A stretch of 38,987 bases of DNA from a virus (Duplodnaviria; Heunggongvirae; Uroviricota; Caudoviricetes), in IMG/VR virus record IMGVR_UViG_2879770953_000004; one strand, written 5' to 3'. How positions within the stretch are numbered: position 1 is the stretch's first letter; each line of letters begins with the position of its first letter. A program made the translations under genes and the position numbers. Under the pieces are notes generated by a model. That model saw nothing but the letters and a program-made list of their open reading frames with translations. It was not told the DNA's origin and searched no databases. This document shows, piece after piece, positions 10,104-20,270 of this stretch.

Positions 10104-10877
10104 ATGTTTGACACAAAGCAAATTAGATACTCAGGTAAAGATGGTATCTATTTTCACCTTAGAGATAATGTAGAATCTTTTCTTGCCTTAACAGCTACTG
10201 AACAGATGGACTATGACTCACCGATGATGGTGACAACTCAGGCTATGCAATCGGGGCAAACTATCACTGATAATGTTCAGAGAGCACCTAAGACCATCTC
10301 TATTAGCGGTGTTGTAGTGGTTGATTCGACGGGTTCAGTTCTATTAACCAGACAGGGGCAACTTGTAGAAACCTTTATTTCTACGGTTGAACAATGGCGA
10401 GACCAGAAGCAAATCATCACTATTGTTTGTAGAGATGGAATAGCTATCACTGATAGTATCATTACTCAGTTTAAAGCGAGTAAAGAGCATACCATTGCTA
10501 ACGGTCTTCGTATTCAGATGACCTTCCAAGGTGTAGAGTTTCGTTCAATCGTAGGTCAAACTGATATCTCGGCTGCTACTGGAAAGACAGCTACTACAAA
10601 TGATGGTGGTGCTACCAGCAAAAAGAATACAGGGAACACTACGACAAGCTTAGGTAACGGTATGTTGATGTGTCAGGAGCTATATAATCGCTCTACGAGT
10701 GAACTTTCTAATGAGCAACTTCAAGCCCGTATCAATTGTGGTAGGAATGTCAGAGTTAAGAACGGAAAAAGCACCTTCTCAGATGCCGCTAATGAGCAAG
10801 CTTCAAAGGTGCTTAATAATGCTGGTACAGGTAGTACTTTGAAGAAGTTTTCGGTGAATCCGAATAAGCGCTACTGA
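10104..10877 (+). CDS. Hypothetical tail-associated protein (257 aa)
   Basis: Lies immediately after the tape measure gene. Has a weak pattern resemblance to post-tape-measure tail-tip/baseplate initiator proteins (..ISISGVVVV.....IVCRDG....[11 protein letters not shown]). The C-terminus is low-complexity. Confidence 0.4.
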   Translation: MFDTKQIRYSGKDGIYFHLRDNVESFLALTATEQMDYDSPMMVTTQAMQSGQTITDNVQRAPKTISISGVVVVDSTGSVLLTRQGQLVETFISTVEQWRDQKQIITIVCRDGIAITDSIITQFKASKEHTIANGLRIQMTFQGVEFRSIVGQTDISAATGKTATTNDGGATSKKNTGNTTTSLGNGMLMCQELYNRSTSELSNEQLQARINCGRNVRVKNGKSTFSDAANEQASKVLNNAGTGSTLKKFSVNPNKRY

Positions 10878-11713
10878 CGATAGAATCTCAACTATATGAT
10901 AACCTCATCAACATCTATTAAACCCCTCTCAGTGACTTCAGAAAGCGACTGTATAGCCTCTGTAACGTTGTCTGAGGGGTTTTCTGTTATTGGTAGGTCA
11001 ATTACCTTACCGTTGTGAAAAGTCACTTTACATCGACGTTTAGCAGTATTTAAAACGACCTCTTTAACAGCACTTTTGATTATCAGTTGTGCTTCAATCC
11101 TTCCCGCCTTTGTAGTCAAGTCACAATCAGACAAACACCCCACATCAATAGATTTAAGGCGTTGTGTCTCCTTCTCGATATCCGCATCAACCTGTGATAG
11201 CTCATTCTTTAGTTGTTTTAGCTTGCTGGTAATAGCTGACAAATCTTCAATTTCAAGTGATAGCTGTACCAGCTTCTCAATATTGCTTGAGATGTGTTCA
11301 CGGTGTAACTTCAGTGTATCGATGGTATTCGTCGTATCGCTATCAAATCGGTCAAGACGAGATAGCAGGGTAAGCAATGTACCATCGGTTTGCTTACGTG
11401 ACAGCCCTTTAGCACTACAACGGTTTTCATTACGAAGGGGACAGCGATAAATCCCGTTTCTTGTATCGCTAAAGCCTGTGATAATCAGAGCATGACCACA
11501 TTCAGAGCAACGGATAACACCTTTGAAAAGATTCACAGCCATTGGCTTATCTGAAGCAGGTTTTCTACCGTAACGAGCATATGATAGTTGCTGGACTTTG
11601 TAGAATGTTGTTTCATCTATAATTGCAGGATAATAATCAGCTATCTCTTCACAGCCTTTAGGTGTGAAGTAACCAATTACAGAGCGATTTTTCAGAAGGT
11701 CTTGTACTGAGGT

Positions 11714-11718
11714 TTGAC
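11714..11718. repeat. IS2 target-site duplication TTGAC (left)
   Basis: Identical pentamer at 13050-13054. Confidence 0.9.
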
Positions 11719-11729
11719 TGGATTTGCCC

Positions 11730-12635
11730 CTATATTTCCAGACATCTGTTATCACTTAACCCATTACAAGCCCGCTGCCGCAGATATTCCCGTGGCGAGC
11801 GATAACCCAGCGCACTATGCGGATGCCATTCGTTATAATGCTCGAACGCCTCTGCAAGGTTCTTTGCTGCCGTTAACCCGTCTGGTTTGGGCATGATACT
11901 GATGTAGTCACGCTTTATCGTTTTCACGAAGCTCTCTGCTATTCCGTTACTCTCCGGACTCCGCACCGCCGTGTTCTTCGGTTCAAGTCCCAACATCCGG
12001 GCGAACTGGCGTGTTTCATTAGCCCGGTAGCATGAACCATTATCCGTCAGCCACTCCACTGGAGACGACGGAAGATCGTTGCCGAAGCGGCGTTCCACCG
12101 CTCCCAGCATGACGTCCTGTACTGTTTCACTGTTGAAGCCGCCGGTAGTCACCGCCCAGTGCAGTGCCTCACGATCACAGCAGTCCAGCGCGAACGTGAC
12201 ACGCAGTCTCTCTCCGTTATCACAGCAGAACTCGAACCCGTCAGAGCACCATCGCTGATTGCTTTCTTTCACGGCCACTCTGCCTGTATGTGCCCGTTTC
12301 GATGGCGGTACAGCAGGTTTTCGCTCAAGCAACAGCGCATTCTGGCGCATGATCCGGTAAACACGTTTGGCATTGATCGCAGGCATACCATCAAGTTCTG
12401 CCTGTCTGCGAAGCAGCGCCCATACCCGACGATAACCATACGTGGGCAGCTCTCCGATAACATGGTGTATACGGAGAAGCACATCCGTATCATCAGTGTG
12501 ACGACTGCGGCGGCCATCCATCCAGTCATCGGTTCGTCTGAGAATGACGTGCAACTGCGCACGCGACACCCGGAGACAACGGCTGACTAAGCTTACTCCC
12601 CATCCCCGGGCAATAAGGGCGCGTGCGCTATCCAC
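11730..12635 (-). CDS. insD: IS2 OrfB (InsD) transposase
   Basis: 301-aa DDE transposase matching IS2 InsD as remembered. Confidence 0.95.
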
Positions 12636-12958
12636 TTTTTTGCCCGTCCATATTCAACGGCTTCTTTGAGGAGTTCATTTTCCATCGTTTTCTTGCCGAG
12701 CAGGCGCTGGAGTTCTTTAATCTGCTTCATGGCGGCAGCAAGTTCAGAGGCAGGAACAACCTGTTCTCCGGCGGCCACAGCAGTAAGACTTCCTTCCTGG
12801 TATTGCTTACGCCAGAGAAATAACTGGCTGGCTGCTACACCATGTTGCCGGGCAACGAGGGAGACCGTCATCCCCGGTTCAAAGCTCTGCTGAACAATTG
12901 CGATCTTTTCCTGTGTGGTACGCCGTCTGCGTTTCTCCGGCCCTAAGACATCAATCAT
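12593..12958 (-). CDS. insC: IS2 OrfA (InsC)
   Basis: [56 protein letters not shown]... matches IS2 InsC as remembered. An A6G slippery run lies at 12635-12641. Confidence 0.95.
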
Positions 12959-13049
12959 CTGTTCTCCAATGACTAGTCTAAAAACTAGTATTAAGACTAT
13001 CACTTAAATAAGTGATACTGGTTGTCTGGAGATTCAGGGGGCCAGTCTA

Positions 13050-13054
13050 TTGAC
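13050..13054. repeat. IS2 target-site duplication TTGAC (right)
   Basis: Identical pentamer at 11714-11718. Confidence 0.9.
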
Positions 13055-13852
13055 CAAATGAACCCGCTTTATATTGGTTAAGCGTCTGGTGACCTTCATC
13101 ATTAAGAGTCCTGACAATCTCCCAGATAGACTTACCCTCTAACCGTAGCTGAAAGCACCTCTTCACAGTCTCCACTTTCTCAGGGATTACAGAGAAGCTT
13201 TTACGGTCATCATTAAGCTTAAGCCATGCAGGACAACGTTTAGAAATCTTGATACCTTCAGAGATGAGTTCTTTTTTACGGTTCCATGCAGCTTGTATAC
13301 GCTCAGACTTCCTCAAACTCTCCTCATGCGACCGCTGCATTATCAGAATGCTTTTAATCAGAGCTAACGGGTCTTTAAGAGATTCTCGTGTGTAATGTTC
13401 ACCATCGGACAAGGTGACCACATCTACACCAGAGCGAAGAATGTTTCTGAGTAGCTCACTTGCTTGGTCTACATCTTGACGTGACAGACGGTCAAGAGAT
13501 TCTATCAAGAGCGTATCACCAGCTTTAACAAGCCCTTTCTCGATAGCGGTTAAAAAGTCACCTAAGCCACCTTTCAAGTGCTTACCAGTGAACCCACTCA
13601 CCCCCAAATCACGGAAGGATAAATCTTGGTCAAGGTAGTACTCAGGATGAGCCTTAAGCCAGTCATTAACCATCTTAGACTGTCTGCGTAGTGAGTCGCC
13701 TTTGGCTTGTCGCTCAGAACTGAATCTGATGTAGCTGATTACACGTTTCATTCTTTACCACCATAAAAACTAATAGCAGTTGGGCTTGTTATGAGGATGC
13801 TTCATCCGAATCATCTACCAACCCCTAGATTGTATCGCTTTAGGTGGTGTAT

Positions 13853-14275
13853 TTAAACGTGTCTGATGAAAATCACCCGATTAACGCCGCGCTGATGTAA
13901 ACCGCGATTAAGCGTTTGTTCCTCTTCCCCTTTGGCGAAAAACTGTGGATGGCGGACTTCCACACCATAATTAAATTCGCCAGGGAGAGAATCGAGAAAA
14001 TGCCAAAGCGCAGGCAGCTCCCGTGGGCCGAATGTGGCAGGCAGTTGCAGCCAGTATTGCCCAATGCGCGGAGCCAACGGTGACATGCGGGTCAAAAATT
14101 CAGTCACTAAATCATCGCAATGTCGTAATGCTGCCTGATGCGAAATGGTCGCCGGAAACTTAAAACAGAAGCGGAAGTCATCTGTGGTCTGTTCACGCCA
14201 GCGCAGGACAACCTCGGGTTTCGGCAGGGCGTAAAGCGTGGTGTTGCCCTCCACGCAGTTAACATGACGGGTATT
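13853..14275 (-). pseudogene. yecE: Internal fragment of yecE (DUF72 family), truncated at both ends by mobile-element junctions
   Basis: Translation ...NCVEGNTTLYALPKPEVVLRWREQTTDDFRFCFKFPATISHQAALRHCDDL...LHQRGVNRVI matches the middle of E. coli YecE as remembered. Similarity is lost after RGVNRVI (~13870) and upstream of ..RH.NCVEG (~14275). Confidence 0.6.
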
Positions 14276-14311
14276 GAAGGCTAACCCACTGATTTTAATA
14301 AGTCTCTTGTG

Positions 14312-15583
14312 TCACTTTGGTGACCATGGGACATAATCTGCCAGCTTCTGATTCAGCATTGCGATCTGTTCTGCATTACTGTCAGTCATCCATGCTCCGT
14401 ATACATTGAACACCATCTGGGCACTTGCATGGCCCATCTAGCTGGCAATGAAGCTTGGGTTTGCTCCGGCAGATAATGACCAGCACGCATAAGTGTGTCG
14501 TGACTGGTATGCTTTCCGGTGCCTGATGCCCGCACGCTTAATGGCTGTTTCCCATGAGTCGCCAATGGAATCTACCTTGTAGATAAAACCTACCTGTTTG
14601 CTTTTTCTAACCACCTGGGGGTTAAATACGAAAGTACATTCATGATTCACTGAACGTCCATATTCACGTAGTTGAACCTTGATGTGGTGCTGCTTACCCA
14701 GTCTTGTCATTTCAGCCTGATTTTTCAGGACACTGATAGCGGGCTGGATAAGATGCACAACCCTGTTTGTACTTGCTTCAGTTTTAGGTAGAGTGAACTC
14801 ACCGAGTTTCGTATAATTGCGCCTGATAGTAATAGTTCCTGCTTTCATATCGATATCTTCCCAGGCCAGGGAGACCAGTTCACCGTGACGCATTCCTGTG
14901 TACACAGCCAATGACCACAGGTTTTTCGTCTGCTGATGTCGGCAAGCATCTATCAGGCGAATAAATTCGTCACGAGTTAACGGATCTGGCTCTGCCCTGG
15001 CTCTTTTAAGAGGCTTAATTCCCTGGAAGGGATTTGCTTCTAAGTAACCGTGATCTGCAGCAAACTGAAACATTCCAGCGATTGTCGTCATGTAATAATT
15101 TACAGTAACGACGCTCCGTCCTTTTGCTGCTGCTTTGTTTTTCGTTGAATTCTGATACCCGGTCAGCAAATCTTTCCTGATATACAGCAATTCCTCTTTG
15201 GTTACCGATGACACCAGTCTGCCGCCTCCAATTTTCGGAACCATCGTTCTTGCAACGGATTCATAGCGATTGAATGCATTTGCAGAGATTTCCATTCGTT
15301 TCAGATCCAGCCACTTTTCTTCAAGTTCCTTCACCGTAATTTCTTTTTTACTTACCCCAAAAGCCTGAAGGTTAGGGGAGTCAGGGAACTGTGCAGCATA
15401 ATCAAAGCTTCCTGTGCGGATGGCAAAACATACCGATGTCCGCAGTTCCCCGGCGATCTTCCTGTTCTTGGCAGTGTCAGGGACACCAAGATTTTCCCTG
15501 ACACGTTTACCTTTAAAATTAAACCAGATGCGTAATGTGCCGCCGTGGTTTTCGACGCCTGTTGGATATTTGACTTTATCCAT
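14312..15583 (-). pseudogene. int: Phage tyrosine integrase with an in-frame TAG removing the catalytic-Tyr segment
   Basis: The ORF ends ...SAGANPSFIAS at TAG 14438-14440. The same frame continues MGHASAQMVFNVYGAWMTDSNAEQIAMLNQKLADYVPWSPK to TGA at 14312-14314. The R (TGMRHGEL) and SRHTYA boxes lie upstream of the stop. Confidence 0.85.
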
Positions 15584-15706
15584 CGATACCTCCAGACGCC
15601 CAAGAGCGATACGAGCTTACATATTTCATGATATTAAATCACTGAGGTAGCCTGAGTTTAACGGACACTCCTTCCTGAAATAGAATGGCATCAGAAGGAG
15701 CTAATA

Positions 15707-16009
15707 ATGAGCAGAAAAACCCAACGTTACTCTAAAGAGTTCAAAGCCGAAGCTGTCAGAACGGTTCTTGAAAATCAACTTTCGATCAGTGAAGGCGCTT
15801 CCCGATTATCTCTTCCTGAAGGCACTTTAGGACAATGGGTTACCGCCGCCAGAAAAGGGCTCGGTACTCCTGGTTCCCGCACGGTGGCTGAACTGGAATC
15901 TGAAATTCTGCAACTGCGTAAGGCGTTAAATGAAGCTCGCCTTGAGCGAGATATATTAAAAAAAGCAACAGCGTATTTTGCACAGGAGTCGCTGAAAAAT
16001 ACGCGTTAA
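15707..16009 (+). CDS. IS600 OrfA
   Basis: MSRKTQRYSKEFKAEAVRTVLENQLSISEGASRLSLPEGTLGQWV... An A7G slippery run lies at 15958-15965. Confidence 0.9.
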   Translation: MSRKTQRYSKEFKAEAVRTVLENQLSISEGASRLSLPEGTLGQWVTAARKGLGTPGSRTVAELESEILQLRKALNEARLERDILKKATAYFAQESLKNTR

Positions 16010-16044
16010 TCGAACAATGGCGACAACAATTTCCCATTGAAGCG

Positions 16045-16863
16045 ATGTGTCAGGTATTTGGTGTATCCAGGAGCGGTTATTACAACTGGGTACAGCATGA
16101 ACCCTCAGACAGAAAACAAAGTGATGAGCGGCTAAAACTGGAGATTAAGGTGGCACATATCCGCACTCGCGAAACATATGGAACCCGGCGGCTCCAGACG
16201 GAGCTGGCAGAGAATGGCATCATCGTTGGTCGTGACCGACTGGCACGTCTTCGTAAGGAGCTGAGGCTACGCTGTAAGCAGAAACGCAAGTTCAGAGCGA
16301 CTACGAACCCGAACCACAATCTGCCAGTTGCGCCAAATCTGCTGAACCAGACGTTCGCTCCTACAGCACCAAATCAGGTCTGGGTGGCGGACCTGACGTA
16401 TGTTGCCACACAGGAGGGATGGTTGTACCTCGCTGGCATCAAAGATGTTTATACGTGCGAAATTGTCGGCTACGCCATGGGAGAGCGCATGACAAAAGAG
16501 CTGACAGGTAAAGCCCTGTTTATGGCGCTCAGGAGCCAGCGCCCACCTGCCGGGCTAATCCACCACTCTGATCGAGGTTCACAGTACTGCGCATACGATT
16601 ACCGGGTCATACAGGAGCAGTTTGGTCTGAAAACATCAATGTCGCGTAAAGGTAACTGTTACGACAACGCTCCGATGGAAAGCTTCTGGGGAACGCTGAA
16701 AAATGAGAGCCTGAGCCACTATCGTTTTAATAACCGGGATGAAGCCATCTCAGTAATACGGGAATACATTGAGATTTTCTACAATCGTCAGCGTCGTCAC
16801 TCTCGTCTGGGGAATATCTCCCCGGCAGCCTTCAGGGAAAAATATCATCAGATGGCTGCTTAA
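16045..16863 (+). CDS. IS600 OrfB frame (DDE transposase)
   Basis: VWVADLTYV...HHSDRGSQYCA...CYDNAPMESFW core. Confidence 0.9.
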   Translation: MCQVFGVSRSGYYNWVQHEPSDRKQSDERLKLEIKVAHIRTRETYGTRRLQTELAENGIIVGRDRLARLRKELRLRCKQKRKFRATTNPNHNLPVAPNLLNQTFAPTAPNQVWVADLTYVATQEGWLYLAGIKDVYTCEIVGYAMGERMTKELTGKALFMALRSQRPPAGLIHHSDRGSQYCAYDYRVIQEQFGLKTSMSRKGNCYDNAPMESFWGTLKNESLSHYRFNNRDEAISVIREYIEIFYNRQRRHSRLGNISPAAFREKYHQMAA

Positions 16864-16906
16864 AAAAAGAACAAATGGTAGTGTCCGCTATTGCCAGTAC
16901 ACCTCA

Positions 16907-17008
16907 CTTATCGACGACGAGCAGTTTGATGAAACCAATATTGTGCGCGGACTGCCTGTTCCTGGTGGTCGGTTGGGGATAAAAATCACAGAGCTGGAGT
17001 GTGCATGA
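16907..17008 (+). pseudogene. 3' remnant of a RusA-like Holliday junction resolvase gene, truncated by IS600
   Basis: ...LIDDEQFDETNIVRGLPVPGGRLGIKITELECA resembles the RusA C-terminus (..[32 protein letters not shown]). ATGA stop/start overlap with the next gene. Confidence 0.5.
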
Positions 17009-17694
17009 ATAACCAGTATTTACAGTTTGTTCGTGAGCAGCTCATTATCGCCACCGCTGATTTGAGTGGGGCGACAAAAGGTCAGCTTGAAGCCTGGCAG
17101 GGGAATGCCATGTTCGATACAGGGCGTTACAGGCGTAAAAAAATCCGGTACCGCGATGAGGTGACCGGAAAAATGATAACGCGGGATAATCCACCAATCC
17201 CGGGAAAACAATCACTGGCGAAGGGGGCGTCAATTCCTCTGGTCAGTCAGGTTGCGTTTTCGACATCATCGTGGCGGCGGGCTGTTCTGTCTCTTGAAGA
17301 GCACCATAAAGCCTGGTTGTTGTGGTGTTACAGCGGAAGTATTTGCTGGGAGTATCAGATCACCATAACCCACTGGGCGTGGGAAGAGTTTAAGGCTCAT
17401 TCTGGCACTAGGAAAATTGCAGAGAAAACACAGGAACGCCTGAAAAAATTAATCTGGCTGGCGGCGCAGGCGGTAAAAGCAGAACTTTTTGGTGGGGAAG
17501 GTTATGAATATCAGGAGCTGGCATTACTGGCGGGAGTAACAACCAAAAACTGGTCCAAAACATTTACTGGTCACTGGGTTGTAATGAAACACATTTTTCA
17601 CCGACTGGATAGTGAGGCTTTATTGTTTGTGATGAGAACACGTTTAGAACAAAAAGCGGCATTTTCAAAGCAAAGTATTGCAAAAGTAGATTAA
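17005..17694 (+). CDS. Late-gene antiterminator Q-like protein
   Basis: Position after ninR-type rusA and before a pR'-like promoter, terminator and tRNA cluster. I recall this family (MNNQYLQFVREQL...) being annotated as antitermination protein Q in O157-type lambdoid prophages, but this is unverified. Confidence 0.55.
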   Translation: MNNQYLQFVREQLIIATADLSGATKGQLEAWQGNAMFDTGRYRRKKIRYRDEVTGKMITRDNPPIPGKQSLAKGASIPLVSQVAFSTSSWRRAVLSLEEHHKAWLLWCYSGSICWEYQITITHWAWEEFKAHSGTRKIAEKTQERLKKLIWLAAQAVKAELFGGEGYEYQELALLAGVTTKNWSKTFTGHWVVMKHIFHRLDSEALLFVMRTRLEQKAAFSKQSIAKVD

Positions 17695-17724
17695 AAGGCA
17701 TATATTTCATGCAAATCTGATACT

Positions 17725-17752
17725 TTGCCGATTTTGTACGCGATGGTAAAGT
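17725..17752 (+). promoter_or_regulatory. Candidate late promoter (pR'-like) TTGCCG-16 bp-TAAAGT
   Basis: Hexamers read 30 nt after the Q stop. The position is analogous to lambda pR'. Confidence 0.35.
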
Positions 17753-17756
17753 AAGC

Positions 17757-17787
17757 AAAACCCGCCGCCGAGCGGTTTTTTTATGCC
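17757..17787 (+). terminator. Candidate intrinsic terminator (tR'-like)
   Basis: Short GC hairpin (CCGC...GCGG) followed by a T7 run. The stem is weak. Confidence 0.4.
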
Positions 17788-17870
17788 TGAAAAATGGCAC
17801 AGGACGTTAAACGTGCTGGTGGTCAGATGAGTTTGCAGATGTGATGACATATGGTTATTATTCTGCCTCC

Positions 17871-17946
17871 GGCCCTTTAGCTCAGTGGTGAGAGCGAGCG
17901 ACTCATAATCGCCAGGTCGCTGGTTCAAGTCCAGCAAGGGCCACCA
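17871..17946 (+). tRNA. tRNA-Ile2 (anticodon CAU, ileX-like; reads AUA after lysidine modification)
   Basis: Cloverleaf folded by hand. Near-identical to E. coli ileX as remembered. CCA is encoded. Confidence 0.85.
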
Positions 17947-17947
17947 A

Positions 17948-18021
17948 CCACCACTAGCTCATCCGGATAGAGCATCAACCTTCTAAGTTGACGGTCCGAG
18001 GTTCAAGTCCTCGGTGGTGGG
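17948..18021 (+). tRNA. tRNA-Arg (anticodon UCU, reads AGA)
   Basis: Hand fold: acceptor CCACCAC/GTGGTGG, D-arm GCTC/GAGC, anticodon stem TCAAC/GTTGA with loop CTTCTAA, T-arm CGAGG/CCTCG with TTCAAGT loop. No encoded CCA. Confidence 0.75.
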
Positions 18022-18026
18022 CCTGC

Positions 18027-18102
<76 letters not shown>

Positions 18103-18105
18103 TAT

Positions 18106-18180
<75 letters not shown>

Positions 18181-18794
18181 GCGAGATTTGAGACGAAGGT
18201 TGTTATTTGCACTGACACAATATTGTGTGGGAATGTCTGACTCCTTACCATCTCCTGTTCTGTGATGTTGTTTTGTTGCAGTTCCAGTGCTCTTTTTTCA
18301 GCACCAGAATGGTGCATTGTCGGTCAGGTTACGTAGTGAACCTCTGGCAGGGGACTGATGATTCATCATTCTGGTGTTGTAAATATCTCTTCGGACAACT
18401 TACAAAATATTCTAAGCAAACCCCGGGGACACACTCTTAACTGCCTTGGCTGGCGGTTTTTTGTACAGCGCTCGGTATGTGTGAGCTGGAAATCAGATTT
18501 TGCATGGACTGGAATCATGCTGTTATTTAGGGGCGAAGAACTGGCTTTTTCTTCCGCCTTCTCAGCAGTAACGATTAGAAAAATAATGAAATGCCCCCCT
18601 CCGGGGAGGAGGACCGTAGAAAAAAGGACCCGCCAGCAAAAACATTGGGGATGAACAGCTTTCGCTACTCAGATTGCTGGCGGGTAAAGTTCCTCATGAA
18701 TTAAGAATGCTACGCGATCTTTTTTAATGGAAATGAAAATTATTGTCAATTAGTCGTGCGTGTTTTTTCATACAATATTGGTAAAGGTGATTCA

Positions 18795-18826
18795 GGTCAT
18801 CAGAGTTTTGCTGATGGCCTTTTTTC
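18795..18826 (+). terminator. Rho-independent terminator
   Basis: 9-bp stem GGTCATCAG/CTGATGGCC (one G-U pair), 7-nt loop, T6 run. Confidence 0.55.
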
Positions 18827-18879
18827 TTTCCGATAGCACAGGTCTGTCGGGGGGGGTCCCTATTAAGTTGTCAAGCATG

Positions 18880-20076
18880 TTATGACCCCTGCGGGGTATA
18901 AAAAGTCCCGTCGCGCATCATGGCGAACAGAACGTCGCAGCGTCGTCTCGCCAGGGCGATAAGCGCCTGATTGTGTCGTTTTCCCTGACTCATTTTGCGG
19001 GTGTAGTAAGCCCTGGAGAGCGGATCCCTGAGCGCGGCGAAGGCCGACAGGAACAACGCCCGTTTGAGAGCTTTATTACCCCGTCGCGAGGGATGCTCAC
19101 CGCGTATTGACGAGCCGGCTCGCCGAGTTACCGGCGCAAGGCCAGCATAAGCAGCGAGATGTGCGGCAGAGGCGAAGGCGCGGCAGGCGACCTCGGTGAG
19201 GAGTCTGGCTGCGGTCCTGACACCGACTCCGGGCATACTGGTCAGGACCGGGTAAAGAGGGTGAGCAAGAACTCGCTGTTCTACCTCAAGCGCCACCTCG
19301 TCTCTTTGCTTACGCAGCGTGATGAGCTGGAGTGCCAGACGTGGCAGTACTACGGCAGCGGCATTCGTGCCGGGAACGACGACGGTTTGTTCGGCCAGTG
19401 CCTGAGCTATGTCTGCTGCAAGGCGTTTACCCAGACGAGGCGCAAGTTTGCAGAGCTGGGCTGCCAGCTTCTTCTCACCCAGCGAAGCGAGTTTTTCTGG
19501 TGAGGGATATCGCTGGAGAAGATCGAGTACCGCCGGGTGCTCAAGTCTCGGACCGAGAACGCGCTCCAGTGCCGGATGTATCTGGGTCAGAAGGCCGCGG
19601 ATACGGTTGCTGGCCTGCGTTGTCTGTGCGGCAAGATCATCATCGAAGCCGCAGAGCATGGAGAGTTCGGCGATTTGCTCGTCAGCCAGTTTCAGCGTGC
19701 GTAGCGCGTGAGGCAGGGTACGGGCAGCTTCGGCAATGATGGCAGCGTCACGAGCATCAGTTTTAGCTTCACCGGCGTGTAAGTCGGCTATGCGGCGCAT
19801 GGCCAGTCCAGGGAGGTATCCGACAAGGACTCCTTCTGAGCGGGCAACGGCGACAGGTAACGCACCGATGGTAGCTGGCTGATCAACAACCAGCAGTATC
19901 TGACCATGTTGTTTCAGGTCAGATATTAGCGACCTGAGTTTGTTTTCGTCGTTGGGTAATGCTTTATCGAACAGGCGTTTACCTGAACGATTAATGGCAA
20001 CAGCGTGATGCGTATCTTTACCGACATCAATGCCGATAAAGACCTGGACGGATTCGCAATCGCTGGATTCGGTCAT
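18880..20076 (-). CDS. IS110-family transposase/recombinase (398 aa)
   Basis: N-terminal RuvC-like DEDD motif (FIGIDVGKDTHH...VVDQP...TDARDA). C-terminal Tnp domain (SMPGVGVRTAARLL...AGLAPVTRRAGSSIRG). Confidence 0.85.
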   Translation of the reverse strand: MTESSDCESVQVFIGIDVGKDTHHAVAINRSGKRLFDKALPNDENKLRSLISDLKQHGQILLVVDQPATIGALPVAVARSEGVLVGYLPGLAMRRIADLHAGEAKTDARDAAIIAEAARTLPHALRTLKLADEQIAELSMLCGFDDDLAAQTTQASNRIRGLLTQIHPALERVLGPRLEHPAVLDLLQRYPSPEKLASLGEKKLAAQLCKLAPRLGKRLAADIAQALAEQTVVVPGTNAAAVVLPRLALQLITLRKQRDEVALEVEQRVLAHPLYPVLTSMPGVGVRTAARLLTEVACRAFASAAHLAAYAGLAPVTRRAGSSIRGEHPSRRGNKALKRALFLSAFAALRDPLSRAYYTRKMSQGKRHNQALIALARRRCDVLFAMMRDGTFYTPQGS

Positions 20077-20270
20077 TCTGTCTCCCTTGTATATGGGTTA
20101 ACCAGATAACCACGGGGAGCAGGTACCGGCATCCACGTTACAGACGGTCCCGGCAAAAGTGCCTGACCTGACCCCTATTAGCGGTTACCAGCGCCCCACC
20201 AGACCCGGTGACATCACCCCCCGGATCATGGACGACTGGGGGCAGTAATCATGCCGGGTCTGGCTGGCTA
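20077..20270 (-). ncRNA. Candidate IS110 bridge/guide RNA region in the 5' non-coding end
   Basis: The minus strand contains a perfect 10-bp stem CCAGACCCGG...CCGGGTCTGG enclosing ~45 nt with an internal CATGAT repeat. The position corresponds to where IS110-group elements encode bridge RNA. Confidence 0.35.

Larger units (their letters stand above)
11719..13049 (-). mobile_element. IS2 (IS3 family), complete 1331-bp copy A
   Basis: Ends TGGATTTGCCCC... at 11719 and ...GGGGGCCAGTCTA at 13049. Encodes InsC/InsD. Flanked by the 5-bp direct repeat TTGAC. Confidence 0.95.
10892..13751 (-). pseudogene. Large serine recombinase (integrase) gene interrupted by IS2
   Basis: N-terminal part (13055-13751): MKRVISYIRFSSERQ..., resolvase catalytic domain. 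C-terminal part (10892-11718): zinc ribbon CSECGH...YRCP...C plus coiled coil. Removing IS2 and one TTGAC copy joins ...GSFGQ to TSVQDLLKNRS... in frame, giving 1524 nt (507 codons plus stop). Confidence 0.85.
15643..16906 (+). mobile_element. IS600 (IS3 family), complete 1264-bp copy, no target duplication
   Basis: Imperfect IRs TGAGGT...CGGACACT at both ends. OrfA/OrfB match IS600 as remembered. The flanking triplets differ (CAC vs CTT). Confidence 0.9.

Noticed and set aside
12159-12590. 143-aa and 97-aa ORFs inside IS2 (repeated at 38188-38619)
   Set aside because: They are antisense or alternative frames within the well-known insD gene. They are repeated only because the IS is repeated.
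18181-18879. Shiga toxin or other cargo genes downstream of the Q-tRNA module
   Set aside because: The position is analogous to stx in Stx phages. However, the only ORFs present (71 and 98 aa) lack RBSs and have no resemblance to StxA/StxB, so this is probably leftover non-coding phage DNA.
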